Source: a virus (Duplodnaviria; Caudoviricetes). From it: a stretch of 47,664 bases of DNA. The stretch spans positions 1-47,664 of the IMG/VR virus record IMGVR_UViG_3300027571_000014; one strand, given 5' to 3'. Positions within the stretch are counted from its first letter, which is position 1; the number at the start of each line of letters is the position of its first letter. This document shows, in pieces, positions 34,317 through 43,395 of this stretch. The position numbers and the translations under genes were made by a program. The notes beneath the pieces were generated by a model, which saw nothing but the letters and a program-made list of their open reading frames with translations, ran no database searches and was not told where the DNA came from.

Positions 34317-35837
34317 ATGGCATACCAAATAGATAGATTTGATAACTCACAATTAGCAATTGTTGAGGACGGCACATTGGATCAAACAACTAACCTTAAG
34401 CTTATAGGTAAAAACTATGCAGGCTACGGCGAAATTCAAAACGAAAACTTGCTTTTCTTACTTGAAAACTTTGCAGGCGGCAATGCACCTACAAGAGCTA
34501 TTAGAGGACAAATTTGGTTTGATACTACATTAAACAAAATTAAATATTTTGTTGCAAATGATAATGCACTTCCAGGAGTAGGGTACTGGAAAGCTACAGG
34601 CGGATCAGAAGTTAACGCAATTACTCCAAATGGATTATCTGAAGGTGACTTTTGGTGGAATAATAGCACACAACAGCTATATGTATTAAATGCAACAGGT
34701 GACTTTGTACTTGTAGGTCCACAAGTTGCAGGTACAGGTGTTACTAACATGATTAGTGCAGAAGTACAAGATACAACTGGTGCATCAAAAAGTATTATTC
34801 AAGCTGTTGTTGATGACACTATTATATACATTATTAGCTCAAGTGAATTTACGTTAAATGCAGTTAATCCAATTGAAGGGTTTGACAGAATACGCAAGGG
34901 ATTAACATTAAAATGGACTATGAATGCTGATGCTGGTGTTACAAACAGTGCAGAAGTTGCAGATAGAGTATTTCAATACCACGGCACAGCTTCAAATGCA
35001 GCAAAATTAGGTGGAATTAATGCATCTGAATATCTAACTGTTTCAGCGCCAAACTTTGCTAATACTGTTACTTTTTCCGACACAGGATTAACTATTGGTA
35101 ACGGACTTGATTTAAGAATGTATGTTGAGTCAGATGATAAAGCAGTTATTGAAAATCAAACAGGTAATAATAGTGAAATACGTTTCAAAGCAACCGATCC
35201 AAGTGGCACAGGAATTCATTCAATTACTGTAAAACATAATATGATGTTACCAGCTGTTGATAATTCAATTACATTAGGTACTCTTAACACTGCATTTAGT
35301 GAAGTGCATGCAACTAATTTTAGAGGTATTACTGATAAAGCAACAGAATTATATGTTGAAGATGGCACAACTGTATACCAATCAGGTAGCTATGCTCCGA
35401 CTCCAAATAAACTTGTTTCACGAGACGGTAGTGGTAATATAGAAGCAAACATTATCACTGGTACTGCAACACAAGCTCGTTACGCTGACCTTGCAGAAAA
35501 ATACACAACAGAAAAAGAACTACCAGCAGGAACAGCAGTTGCAGTTTCAATTAAAGATGAGTATGAAGTAATGCCAGCAAGAGCAAGTAATCTTTGCATT
35601 GGTGTAGTATCAACAGACCCTGCATTAATGATGAATTGCGAAGCTGAAGGTCAGTACATTGGACTTAAAGGACGTTTGCCTGTAAGAGTAAATGGTCCAG
35701 TCAAAAAAGGCCAAGCAGTATATGCATGGAACGAAGGTGTATGTCGTACTATCGAAACTACTGCACTAGTTGGCGTAGCACTAGAAACAAACTTAGATGA
35801 AAATGAAAAACTAGTAGAGTGCGTTCTTAAAGTATAA
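34317..35837 (+). CDS. Tail fibre protein (paralog 3) with C-terminal peptidase G2-like chaperone domain
   Basis: Same N-terminal module (LIGKNYAGYG...ENLLFLLENFA...GQIWFD); C-terminal YADLAEKY...IGVVS...IGLKGRLPVRV. Confidence 0.75.
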   Translation: MAYQIDRFDNSQLAIVEDGTLDQTTNLKLIGKNYAGYGEIQNENLLFLLENFAGGNAPTRAIRGQIWFDTTLNKIKYFVANDNALPGVGYWKATGGSEVNAITPNGLSEGDFWWNNSTQQLYVLNATGDFVLVGPQVAGTGVTNMISAEVQDTTGASKSIIQAVVDDTIIYIISSSEFTLNAVNPIEGFDRIRKGLTLKWTMNADAGVTNSAEVADRVFQYHGTASNAAKLGGINASEYLTVSAPNFANTVTFSDTGLTIGNGLDLRMYVESDDKAVIENQTGNNSEIRFKATDPSGTGIHSITVKHNMMLPAVDNSITLGTLNTAFSEVHATNFRGITDKATELYVEDGTTVYQSGSYAPTPNKLVSRDGSGNIEANIITGTATQARYADLAEKYTTEKELPAGTAVAVSIKDEYEVMPARASNLCIGVVSTDPALMMNCEAEGQYIGLKGRLPVRVNGPVKKGQAVYAWNEGVCRTIETTALVGVALETNLDENEKLVECVLKV

Positions 35838-35846
35838 GGAAATAAT

Positions 35847-36935
35847 ATGTCCTTTGGCAGTTTAATAACAGCGTCAAGGTTTAACCTTCTGCAAAATAGA
35901 ATTGCATCTATACTCGGCAACGGCACATCAACAAATGGTTACGGACAAGGATTATCCGGCTATGGAGGCCGGGTATCAAGTCGTGAAGTTTCTCGTTTAG
36001 ACGAAAGTGTACGAAATATTGTTACTGCTGAAAATTTAAACGAACTTTATATAGATATATTACGAGCACGTATACATCAAATTGGTTTAGAGAATAATGA
36101 AATTACACCTGTTATTCGAAATGCAAGACTATTTCCAAATCAAAGCCTAATAGCAAATGAAACAAGTAATTTATTTAATGCAGGCGGCGAAATCTTTACA
36201 GATACTAACGGAGTTCGATATACCTCAATTGATCCTGATGGCGCACTAAAAGGAATGGCTGATTTTGAAAGAATGATGACATTGGTTGAAGTAAACAAAT
36301 ATGACATACATTCGTCAATGAAAGTTTCAGAAACAGGCAACTCTATATTCAGAGTACGACCGTGGGACTATAAATTAATACACGAAGTTATTGTTAGATT
36401 TCGTAATGCAAATCATCGTCGACACTTTTTTAATAGCGGCGGCATAATTGAAATGAGTGCAGTATTAGAGAATCCAGCTGGGAATAAATCATTAGATTGG
36501 TCACAAATTGTTGCTACTGCTGGTGTAGTACAGTTTGGTCATAATTTTACAACATCGACCAGCACTGATACTACACAGCCGCCGACTGTATTAAGCGATA
36601 AGGGAAATTATCAATTAACATCTACATACGATAATTATTTAGACAGTTCAGTTTTGCAACCGTTGTATAAAAAAGAAAGCCGAGGCGAGTATAGTAGTGG
36701 GCAATATGTTGATAACTCGTATTCAGTAAGTGCAAAGGAACTGTCATCATCTGAAATACAATTTAGAATGACATTTGACGATGCAGCAAGCGACAGTTCG
36801 TTTGATACAGTCAACGGAACTTTGCGTAGTCAAATAGGCCATGTTCGTTCTAAAGGTACTTTTCCTAATCTAGATGATATATACTTAAATGTAGAAGTAC
36901 CTGCACCGTATTACGAAGTTACTACAATTTTTTAG
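35847..36935 (+). CDS. Putative virion structural protein (family B, paralog 1)
   Basis: ITASRFNLLQ..I..ILG, LYIDILRARIHQ and HRRHFFNSGG motifs shared with the next two ORFs; lies in the fibre region. Confidence 0.6.
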   Translation: MSFGSLITASRFNLLQNRIASILGNGTSTNGYGQGLSGYGGRVSSREVSRLDESVRNIVTAENLNELYIDILRARIHQIGLENNEITPVIRNARLFPNQSLIANETSNLFNAGGEIFTDTNGVRYTSIDPDGALKGMADFERMMTLVEVNKYDIHSSMKVSETGNSIFRVRPWDYKLIHEVIVRFRNANHRRHFFNSGGIIEMSAVLENPAGNKSLDWSQIVATAGVVQFGHNFTTSTSTDTTQPPTVLSDKGNYQLTSTYDNYLDSSVLQPLYKKESRGEYSSGQYVDNSYSVSAKELSSSEIQFRMTFDDAASDSSFDTVNGTLRSQIGHVRSKGTFPNLDDIYLNVEVPAPYYEVTTIF

Positions 36936-36943
36936 GATTTAAA

Positions 36944-37984
36944 ATGGCCGTTGGAGACATAGTTACAGCAGAGAGAGTTAATCAATTGCAGACTGCAATT
37001 GATCAGATCCTTGGCTTTGGCGCCGGCGATTTTGGATATCTGCAAGGATTTCAGAAAAGCACAGGAAATTATGGCCCTGCGTTAACTAGCTACCAAGTGT
37101 CAACTGATCCGGCGGATAATCGAAGTGTTGCTACAGCAAATGATATAAACAATCTTTACGTTGATATTTTAAGAGCTAGAATACACCAAGTAGGTGTTGG
37201 CGGCAATGAAATAACTGATATTATTAAAAATACTCGTATCATAAAAGATCTTAATGTAATTGCAGATGGCGAAAGCTTTTTCGTAGATAACGACGGTGTT
37301 CAAACAATAGATCCAGAAGGTTTTGCTAAAGGTATAGCAGACCTTGAAGATCTTATGACAAAGATACAAGAAGACAGATTAATATGCCATTATTCACAAG
37401 GTGTATACGAAACAGGAATGACTTCGTTAAGAACAGATCCATGGAACGAATCAATTAGATTTGTAGGTAAAGTAGTATTTGATGATTTTCACCATCGTAG
37501 AAGTTTTTTTAACGCAGGCGGCGAAATTAGATTTCAAACAGAGTTAGAAAATCCAGATGGTCTTAAGTCAGGCGATTGGGCTGATTTATTAGCATCAGCG
37601 AGTGTTGTTAAATTTAATTATAATGAAACAATCACTACAGTACAAGGTCAGGGTCGTTTAATTGGAAATGATCAGTTAACTTATGATTATCAAACTATAT
37701 TTACAAAATCAAGCAACGGATCTTTTTTGTCCGGAGTTTATGCAGCTAATATGTTTAGTATACAAGCAAAGTTAAACAGTGACAACATTATTGAATTTAG
37801 ATATTTGTATGACGATGTTGTAGCAAGCGGCACAGTTGACAATGCAGTTGCAGGATCATTAACAGCAGAGCTTGGCATTTTTCGACCAAAAGGAACATTT
37901 GCAGAAGCAGAAGATAATATATTTAACGTAGAAGTACCACCGCCAGTATATGAAATAGTTACAGAGATATCGGAAGACTACTAA
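36944..37984 (+). CDS. Putative virion structural protein (family B, paralog 2)
   Basis: VTAERVNQLQ..I..ILG, LYVDILRARIHQ, HRRSFFNAGG. Confidence 0.6.
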   Translation: MAVGDIVTAERVNQLQTAIDQILGFGAGDFGYLQGFQKSTGNYGPALTSYQVSTDPADNRSVATANDINNLYVDILRARIHQVGVGGNEITDIIKNTRIIKDLNVIADGESFFVDNDGVQTIDPEGFAKGIADLEDLMTKIQEDRLICHYSQGVYETGMTSLRTDPWNESIRFVGKVVFDDFHHRRSFFNAGGEIRFQTELENPDGLKSGDWADLLASASVVKFNYNETITTVQGQGRLIGNDQLTYDYQTIFTKSSNGSFLSGVYAANMFSIQAKLNSDNIIEFRYLYDDVVASGTVDNAVAGSLTAELGIFRPKGTFAEAEDNIFNVEVPPPVYEIVTEISEDY

Positions 37985-37985
37985 C

Positions 37986-38948
37986 ATGCCATCATCAACT
38001 ACAAAAATTACCGCCCAGAATTATAACGACATACAAGAAAATGTACATTCAATTCTAGGTAATACTACTAGTAACTCTCCACAGACAGGATATGGTAATC
38101 TTGTTATTAGTGATCAGTGGGTGCCAGTTCCAGGAGAAGATAAAATTACAGCTCAGATGTATGAAGACTTATACATTGATATTGTTAGAACACGTATACA
38201 TCAAGTAGGCGCAGAAAATTTTACAATAGATCCTTTTGTAATCGGTGACAAAGAAAATAATGTAAATGCGCAAAAGATTGATCTAAATTATTTATTAGGA
38301 TTAGAAGGTCTAGTTGCTGCTATGGAAACGGACAAGCACTTAGTACATTCTTCACAAGTTGAAGAAGTGTTGTATTTTACTGAAACAAGAACATCTGGAT
38401 GGAATCAGCAAATTGTACATGAGTTTAAATTAACATGGGATGATGCAGATCATAGACGTCATTACTTTAATGCCGGCGGCAAAATACGAATATCTGCAGA
38501 ATTAGCAGGAGATGCAAGTTCAAAAGGTAGCGACTGGGCTAGTGTACTTGACTACGGGTCACTTGATTTTGCATTTAATGATACTTTTCAAATAGAAGGT
38601 GCAACAACAACTGGTCTAGGCAAATGGGGTAATTACAATATGCCTAGCTCTTCGTATTCGTTATTATTTAATGCATATGCAGCAGTATATTCACCAAATT
38701 TATATACTATCGAAGCAGCTGATGTTGATAACACCTCGATTAAGTTTCGAATCACGTTTGATGATGCAAACTCAGGTTTTGGATCAGGCGGCGCTGACAT
38801 CGACGAACCTGTACTTGGAACAACCTCAAGTCAGATTAGTGCAATTAAGCCTTGGGGCGAAGTAGATATTAACGGAACTATGAGAGATACTGTTAAAGTT
38901 AATGAACCTACTTATACTGTACTAACAAATTTATCATCAGGCTCTTGA
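37986..38948 (+). CDS. Putative virion structural protein (family B, paralog 3)
   Basis: ITAQNYNDIQ..V..ILG, LYIDIVRTRIHQ, HRRHYFNAGG. Confidence 0.6.
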   Translation: MPSSTTKITAQNYNDIQENVHSILGNTTSNSPQTGYGNLVISDQWVPVPGEDKITAQMYEDLYIDIVRTRIHQVGAENFTIDPFVIGDKENNVNAQKIDLNYLLGLEGLVAAMETDKHLVHSSQVEEVLYFTETRTSGWNQQIVHEFKLTWDDADHRRHYFNAGGKIRISAELAGDASSKGSDWASVLDYGSLDFAFNDTFQIEGATTTGLGKWGNYNMPSSSYSLLFNAYAAVYSPNLYTIEAADVDNTSIKFRITFDDANSGFGSGGADIDEPVLGTTSSQISAIKPWGEVDINGTMRDTVKVNEPTYTVLTNLSSGS

Positions 38949-38973
38949 CACCTTAAACTTTTTATGCTATAAT
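38945..38973 (+). promoter_or_regulatory. Perfect sigma70 consensus promoter with extended -10, upstream of the glycosylation operon
   Basis: TTGACA (38945-38950, containing the upstream TGA stop), 17-nt spacer ending TGC, TATAAT (38968-38973), then AGGAG RBS and ATG at 38994. Confidence 0.9.
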
Positions 38974-38993
38974 ATACAAAATAGGAGTGTATT

Positions 38994-39347
38994 ATGGACG
39001 AACGATTATCAAAAGCTATAGAGTTTTCGAATTTCATTACAACAATTAATAATCAAAAAAGAATGATTAAAGAAAATTACTTTCAATCGTTGCTTTACTT
39101 TGTCCAAGGTGGACAGTTTACTATTACTAAAGAATTAATTACGTTTGTGACGTTACTTGTAGAAAAGGGCAATGTTGAAAATATTGTATTAGTTGATGAC
39201 AACGATACTCCGATTGAGATTAACGACTTAGAAAAGTTCTTAGAAGAAGTACTGACAAGATATTTTGAATCTTCAAACAGTTATCATCAAAAATACATGA
39301 GCCTATCAAAAAAGCGTGATATTGAGTCATTAGTAGAAGATGAGTAA
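38994..39347 (+). CDS. Hypothetical protein, first gene of the glycosylation operon (weak resemblance to DUF4376-type fibre-associated proteins)
   Basis: Strong RBS; 117 aa; 8-nt overlap with the next gene; LVDDNDTPIEI followed by a long helix. Function not assignable. Confidence 0.5.
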   Translation: MDERLSKAIEFSNFITTINNQKRMIKENYFQSLLYFVQGGQFTITKELITFVTLLVEKGNVENIVLVDDNDTPIEINDLEKFLEEVLTRYFESSNSYHQKYMSLSKKRDIESLVEDE

Positions 39348-40179
39348 GGGCGTAGTATTAATTGCTAATAACAACGGTACTGTAGATTATGTAAAACAGG
39401 CAATCTATTGTGCGGGAAGGATAAAGAAGTACCTTAATTTACCCGTAACTTTAATTACTGATAGTGAAGACTATGTATCTAAAATAGCACATGATGTATT
39501 TGATAAAGTAATATCTACAGATTATCGAAATGTAGAAAATAAAAAGTTTTATTTTGATGGCGCATTGTCACACAAAATATTAATGTTTAAAAATTATAGT
39601 AGATCAACCGCATATCATCTCTCGCCGTATGATAAGACAATATTAATGGACACTGACTATATATTATCAAACAGTATACTTAATAATTGCTTTGATATGG
39701 ACTCTGATCTAATGATGTATAAAGAAAGTGTAGATATTGCACAAGTTAGAGATGAAAGAGAGTTTGAATATATCAGTGACAAGGGTATAGACTTCTACTG
39801 GGCAACTGTGGTATACTTTGAAAAGAATGAAAAGAACGATATCTATTTTAATCTTATTGATCACATAGAAGAAAATTGGAATTATTATCAAAGTATCTAT
39901 GATATAAATGCTGACTTGTTTAGAAACGATTTTGCATTTAGTATAGCAATACATATTATGAATGGCTTTCAAAGTAACAATGAAATTGTAGATAAATTGC
40001 CCGGAAAGCATTACTATACAACCGACAGAGATGTTGCATGGAAAATTAATAATGATTATTTAATGTTCTTAGTTCAAAAGAAAAATTTCGAAGGACAGTA
40101 CACAGCAATTTCTACAAGTGGCTTAAATGTACATATTATGAATAAATTTAGTTTAGGAAGAATTATCGATAATGAGTAA
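39340..40179 (+). CDS. GT-A fold glycosyltransferase (GT8-like)
   Basis: GVVLIA...DYVKQA, VTLITD, FDKVI, SPYDKTILMDTD (DxD), FRNDFAFSIA, C-terminal H-x2-NK. Confidence 0.72.
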   Translation: MSKGVVLIANNNGTVDYVKQAIYCAGRIKKYLNLPVTLITDSEDYVSKIAHDVFDKVISTDYRNVENKKFYFDGALSHKILMFKNYSRSTAYHLSPYDKTILMDTDYILSNSILNNCFDMDSDLMMYKESVDIAQVRDEREFEYISDKGIDFYWATVVYFEKNEKNDIYFNLIDHIEENWNYYQSIYDINADLFRNDFAFSIAIHIMNGFQSNNEIVDKLPGKHYYTTDRDVAWKINNDYLMFLVQKKNFEGQYTAISTSGLNVHIMNKFSLGRIIDNE

Positions 40180-41587
40180 GGGTTTTTTAGTTGTAGCACA
40201 AAATAATATCGATTATGATTTTAGAGTGCCGCCGAAACATACTTTACTACCTCAATACGAAGGTATACACGTTGATGTATGGTACCAGAAGTTATCTTAC
40301 ATTAAAGGTCAACATATCTACAAAGATAGAGCTGTATATAAAGTAGATCAAACTAGTTCGTTAAATACTAAGTTTGATGACTTACATCTAACAAAAATTA
40401 TCAGTAACATATTATTAATCGATGACGAAAACTCGTACTTAACTTATTATCGAGCACATAAGAATGACTTAGTTTTATCCAATAATAAAATTTACACAGT
40501 TGATATCGAAGATGATGCCATACCTTATGATTTACAATCGATATATAAAGGAATACATGTTGATATTCATTACGAAGGATTAGAGTATATTAAGGGCCAA
40601 CATGTATTTGTAAATAATACAGTATATCGAATGTTTGAAGATTCAGTAACCATCGACAATACAACTGCTGAACTAATATTACCAAATGTAAAATTGTACG
40701 AAGATAATAATAAGTCATTAGTATTTGAAGATGCCAAAGCAGGCGATAACATTTTATTCTTTAATCACTTATACGAGCTAAAGCCAATCGTATTTGATGA
40801 CTACGTTAAGCAAGCATGTTATCTCGCAGCAAGTTTACACAAATTTAATCCTAACGAAAAGATTTCTATTCTTACAAACGATACGATTCCTAATGAATAT
40901 AAAAATCTATTTGATCATATTATTCCAATACCTTACGGAGACGATGCAGCGAACACAAGTTGGAAAGTAGAAAACCGTTGGAAAGTTTATCATTGTACTC
41001 CGTATGACGAAACAGTTGTACTTGATACTGACATGTTATTCTTACAGGATATTTCAGAATGGTGGAACTACTTTAATAAGTATGATCTGTATTTTACAAC
41101 AAATGTTAAGACATATCGAAACAAGATTGCATCTAGTGATACTTATCGAAAAGCATTTACTAGTAATAATTTACCAAATATATATACTGGTATGTATTAT
41201 TTTAAGAAGACAAAACTAGCAGATAAATTTTTCGATATGCTAGAGTTAATTTGTAAAAACTGGGAATTATTTTATAATAATTTTTTACCTAATAACACTC
41301 CTCCTAATCTAAGTATAGATGTTGCAGCAGCATTAGCAGTTCTTATACTTGACATAGAAAATAAAGTTAGCAATAAACAAAATACTGAAATAACATTTGT
41401 ACATATGAAACCATATATACAGGATTGGATACATGTTACTAATAGCTGGCAAGATTCGGTTGGTGTATACTTAGACATGGATTGTAAATTAAAACTTGGT
41501 AATCATTTACAATCAGGTATTTTTCATTACACTGAGAAAAACTTTCTTAAAAATATCGATATTGAAAGGTTACTAAATGTTAGTTAA
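40172..41587 (+). CDS. GT-A fold glycosyltransferase, paralog of 39340-40179, with two inserted CBM-like repeats
   Basis: MSKGFLVVAQNN [insert] DYVKQA, ISILTN, FDHII, TPYDETVVLDTD (DxD), FVHMKP, FHYTEK. Confidence 0.75.
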   Translation: MSKGFLVVAQNNIDYDFRVPPKHTLLPQYEGIHVDVWYQKLSYIKGQHIYKDRAVYKVDQTSSLNTKFDDLHLTKIISNILLIDDENSYLTYYRAHKNDLVLSNNKIYTVDIEDDAIPYDLQSIYKGIHVDIHYEGLEYIKGQHVFVNNTVYRMFEDSVTIDNTTAELILPNVKLYEDNNKSLVFEDAKAGDNILFFNHLYELKPIVFDDYVKQACYLAASLHKFNPNEKISILTNDTIPNEYKNLFDHIIPIPYGDDAANTSWKVENRWKVYHCTPYDETVVLDTDMLFLQDISEWWNYFNKYDLYFTTNVKTYRNKIASSDTYRKAFTSNNLPNIYTGMYYFKKTKLADKFFDMLELICKNWELFYNNFLPNNTPPNLSIDVAAALAVLILDIENKVSNKQNTEITFVHMKPYIQDWIHVTNSWQDSVGVYLDMDCKLKLGNHLQSGIFHYTEKNFLKNIDIERLLNVS

Positions 41588-42476
41588 TGTACTACAGCGT
41601 ATTAATAAAAGTATTAAATCCACAATTTATAGTTATGTTTATTATAATGAATTGTCAGGTGAGATTATGTCTATCTCTAATACTGAGCAAATAAACGAAT
41701 ATCAAGTTCTTAAAGTAGAGCATGAGCAAGTTAGAAACATTTTAGAAGGACGCTACAAATATAGTGACTACATAGTTACCTATGATAATTCACAAAAAAT
41801 GTATGTATTAAAACGTGCAGATTTTAAATTAAGAACACACGATATACGAAGTAAAATATACGAAGTTAAGAAAGTATTTACTGACTACTATCATAAAGAA
41901 ATCTATAAAGGTATGCACGTTGATGTATGGTATAAAGAATTAGAACATACAACAGGTCAGCATGTATGGTACAATAAAAATGTATATAAAGCAATTAATA
42001 ATATATCAATGAATGTAGAGTTTAATACTGATGATTATGAATTAGTAGTAAATGACGTTAAATTATATAGAGATAAAAACATACATCTAGATTTTGAACC
42101 TTTAGAAATTTTGGGAGAGAAGTTTTTAAAAGATAACTACCTCTACAGTTATGTAAAAGGTATTGAAACTGATGATTGTTATATCGAGCAAGACTTACGT
42201 AACAAGCAATGGTTTATCTCGATCGCATTTAGCCTTAAAGAAGATGCCAGCTTTAGAAGAATACAAGACTTACATAATAAAAAACTATTCTTTAATATAA
42301 CCCGATTACATGATCCTAACATTTTGTATAGGAGTATAGGAATAAATCTTAAAGATTTATTAGACAGTCCTGGTATACCTATACCGTTCATATACGACTG
42401 GGAAGAACATGGCAAGGATGTAAGTATATTTACAAACAGATATTTAGACAGTTATGCATACAGGGTTAAAACATGA
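41577..42476 (+). CDS. Hypothetical protein containing a third copy of the CBM-like repeat
   Basis: YKGMHVDVWYKELEHTTGQHVWYNKNVYKA aligns with the two repeats in the upstream gene; overlaps both neighbours. Confidence 0.55.
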   Translation: MLVNVLQRINKSIKSTIYSYVYYNELSGEIMSISNTEQINEYQVLKVEHEQVRNILEGRYKYSDYIVTYDNSQKMYVLKRADFKLRTHDIRSKIYEVKKVFTDYYHKEIYKGMHVDVWYKELEHTTGQHVWYNKNVYKAINNISMNVEFNTDDYELVVNDVKLYRDKNIHLDFEPLEILGEKFLKDNYLYSYVKGIETDDCYIEQDLRNKQWFISIAFSLKEDASFRRIQDLHNKKLFFNITRLHDPNILYRSIGINLKDLLDSPGIPIPFIYDWEEHGKDVSIFTNRYLDSYAYRVKT

Positions 42477-43393
42477 ATAAAAAATTTAGAGTTACCGATT
42501 GTGATATTATATACTTGTCATATGATGAGCCAAATGCAGAACAAAATTATTCCGACCTGTGTCGCAAAGTTCCGTGGGTTAAGCGTGTACACGGAGTCGA
42601 AGGATCCGACGCTGCACACAAGGCATGTGCCAATGTAAGTGAAACAGATAGATTTATTACTATCGACGGCGATAACATTATTGATCAAACTTTTTTAAAT
42701 CAAGAAATTGACTTCAACCAGCATGCTGATTTAGAAAAAAGTGTAATTAGTTGGACAGCTAAAAATACAATAAATGGATTAATATACGGCAATGGCGGTA
42801 TTAAATGTTGGCCTAAACAGTTTGTACTTAATATGCGTACACACGAAAATGCTGATCCAAAAAATGAACAAGCGCAAGTAGATTTTTGCTGGGATGTTCA
42901 ATATATACAGATGAACGGCATTTATTCAGAAATTATGAATAATGCCACACCTCAACAAGCATGGCGAGCTGGATTTAGAGAAGGCGTTAAAATGACACTT
43001 GATCGAGGACTTAGACCAAATAAAGTTGATTTGCTCAAAGGACATTGGAAGAATCTGCATCGTCTTTATATCTGGCTTATGGTAGGTGCAGATACAAAGA
43101 ATGGACTTTGGGCAATATACGGTGCTAGAGAAGGACTGTATAAAACTATGTGTACAGACTGGAATTTTGTAAATGTAAGAGATTTTACCTGGCTTAACGA
43201 GTATTGGGATCAGTTATGTATACACGAAGATAAATTATTAGATCATATAAGAGAGTATGGACGTAAACTTATACAAGAGCTAGACATGCCGATTGATGTC
43301 GACCCGCTAAGTGTAAATGCAAGTAATTTTTTTAAATTAGTATATCAAAACCCAAGCCGAAATGCTAATCAACAATTTATCAATCCCGAGTAA
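42473..43393 (+). CDS. GT-A-like (GT2-like) putative glycosyltransferase
   Basis: DIIYLSYDEPNA...RVHGVEG..AAH.A.A...TDRFITIDGD (DxD)...YGNGGIK...AWRAGFREG; paralog of the ORF at 47012. Confidence 0.65.
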   Translation: MNKKFRVTDCDIIYLSYDEPNAEQNYSDLCRKVPWVKRVHGVEGSDAAHKACANVSETDRFITIDGDNIIDQTFLNQEIDFNQHADLEKSVISWTAKNTINGLIYGNGGIKCWPKQFVLNMRTHENADPKNEQAQVDFCWDVQYIQMNGIYSEIMNNATPQQAWRAGFREGVKMTLDRGLRPNKVDLLKGHWKNLHRLYIWLMVGADTKNGLWAIYGAREGLYKTMCTDWNFVNVRDFTWLNEYWDQLCIHEDKLLDHIREYGRKLIQELDMPIDVDPLSVNASNFFKLVYQNPSRNANQQFINPE

Positions 43394-43395
43394 CT

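Noticed and set aside
1253-38948. Bacterial contractile injection system, tailocin or T6SS locus
   Set aside because: Flanked by gp55 and gp47 homologs with T4-type late motifs; no T6SS membrane complex, eCIS ATPase or host genes
30012-38948. Diversity-generating retroelement or invertible fibre cassette
   Set aside because: No reverse transcriptase or invertase, no near-identical template/variable repeat pair and no inverted repeats seen; the paralogs are diverged at DNA level
40208-40798. In-frame insert in the glycosyltransferase as an intein or intron
   Set aside because: No Cys/Ser start with His-Asn end and no homing endonuclease motif; it is a tandem protein repeat
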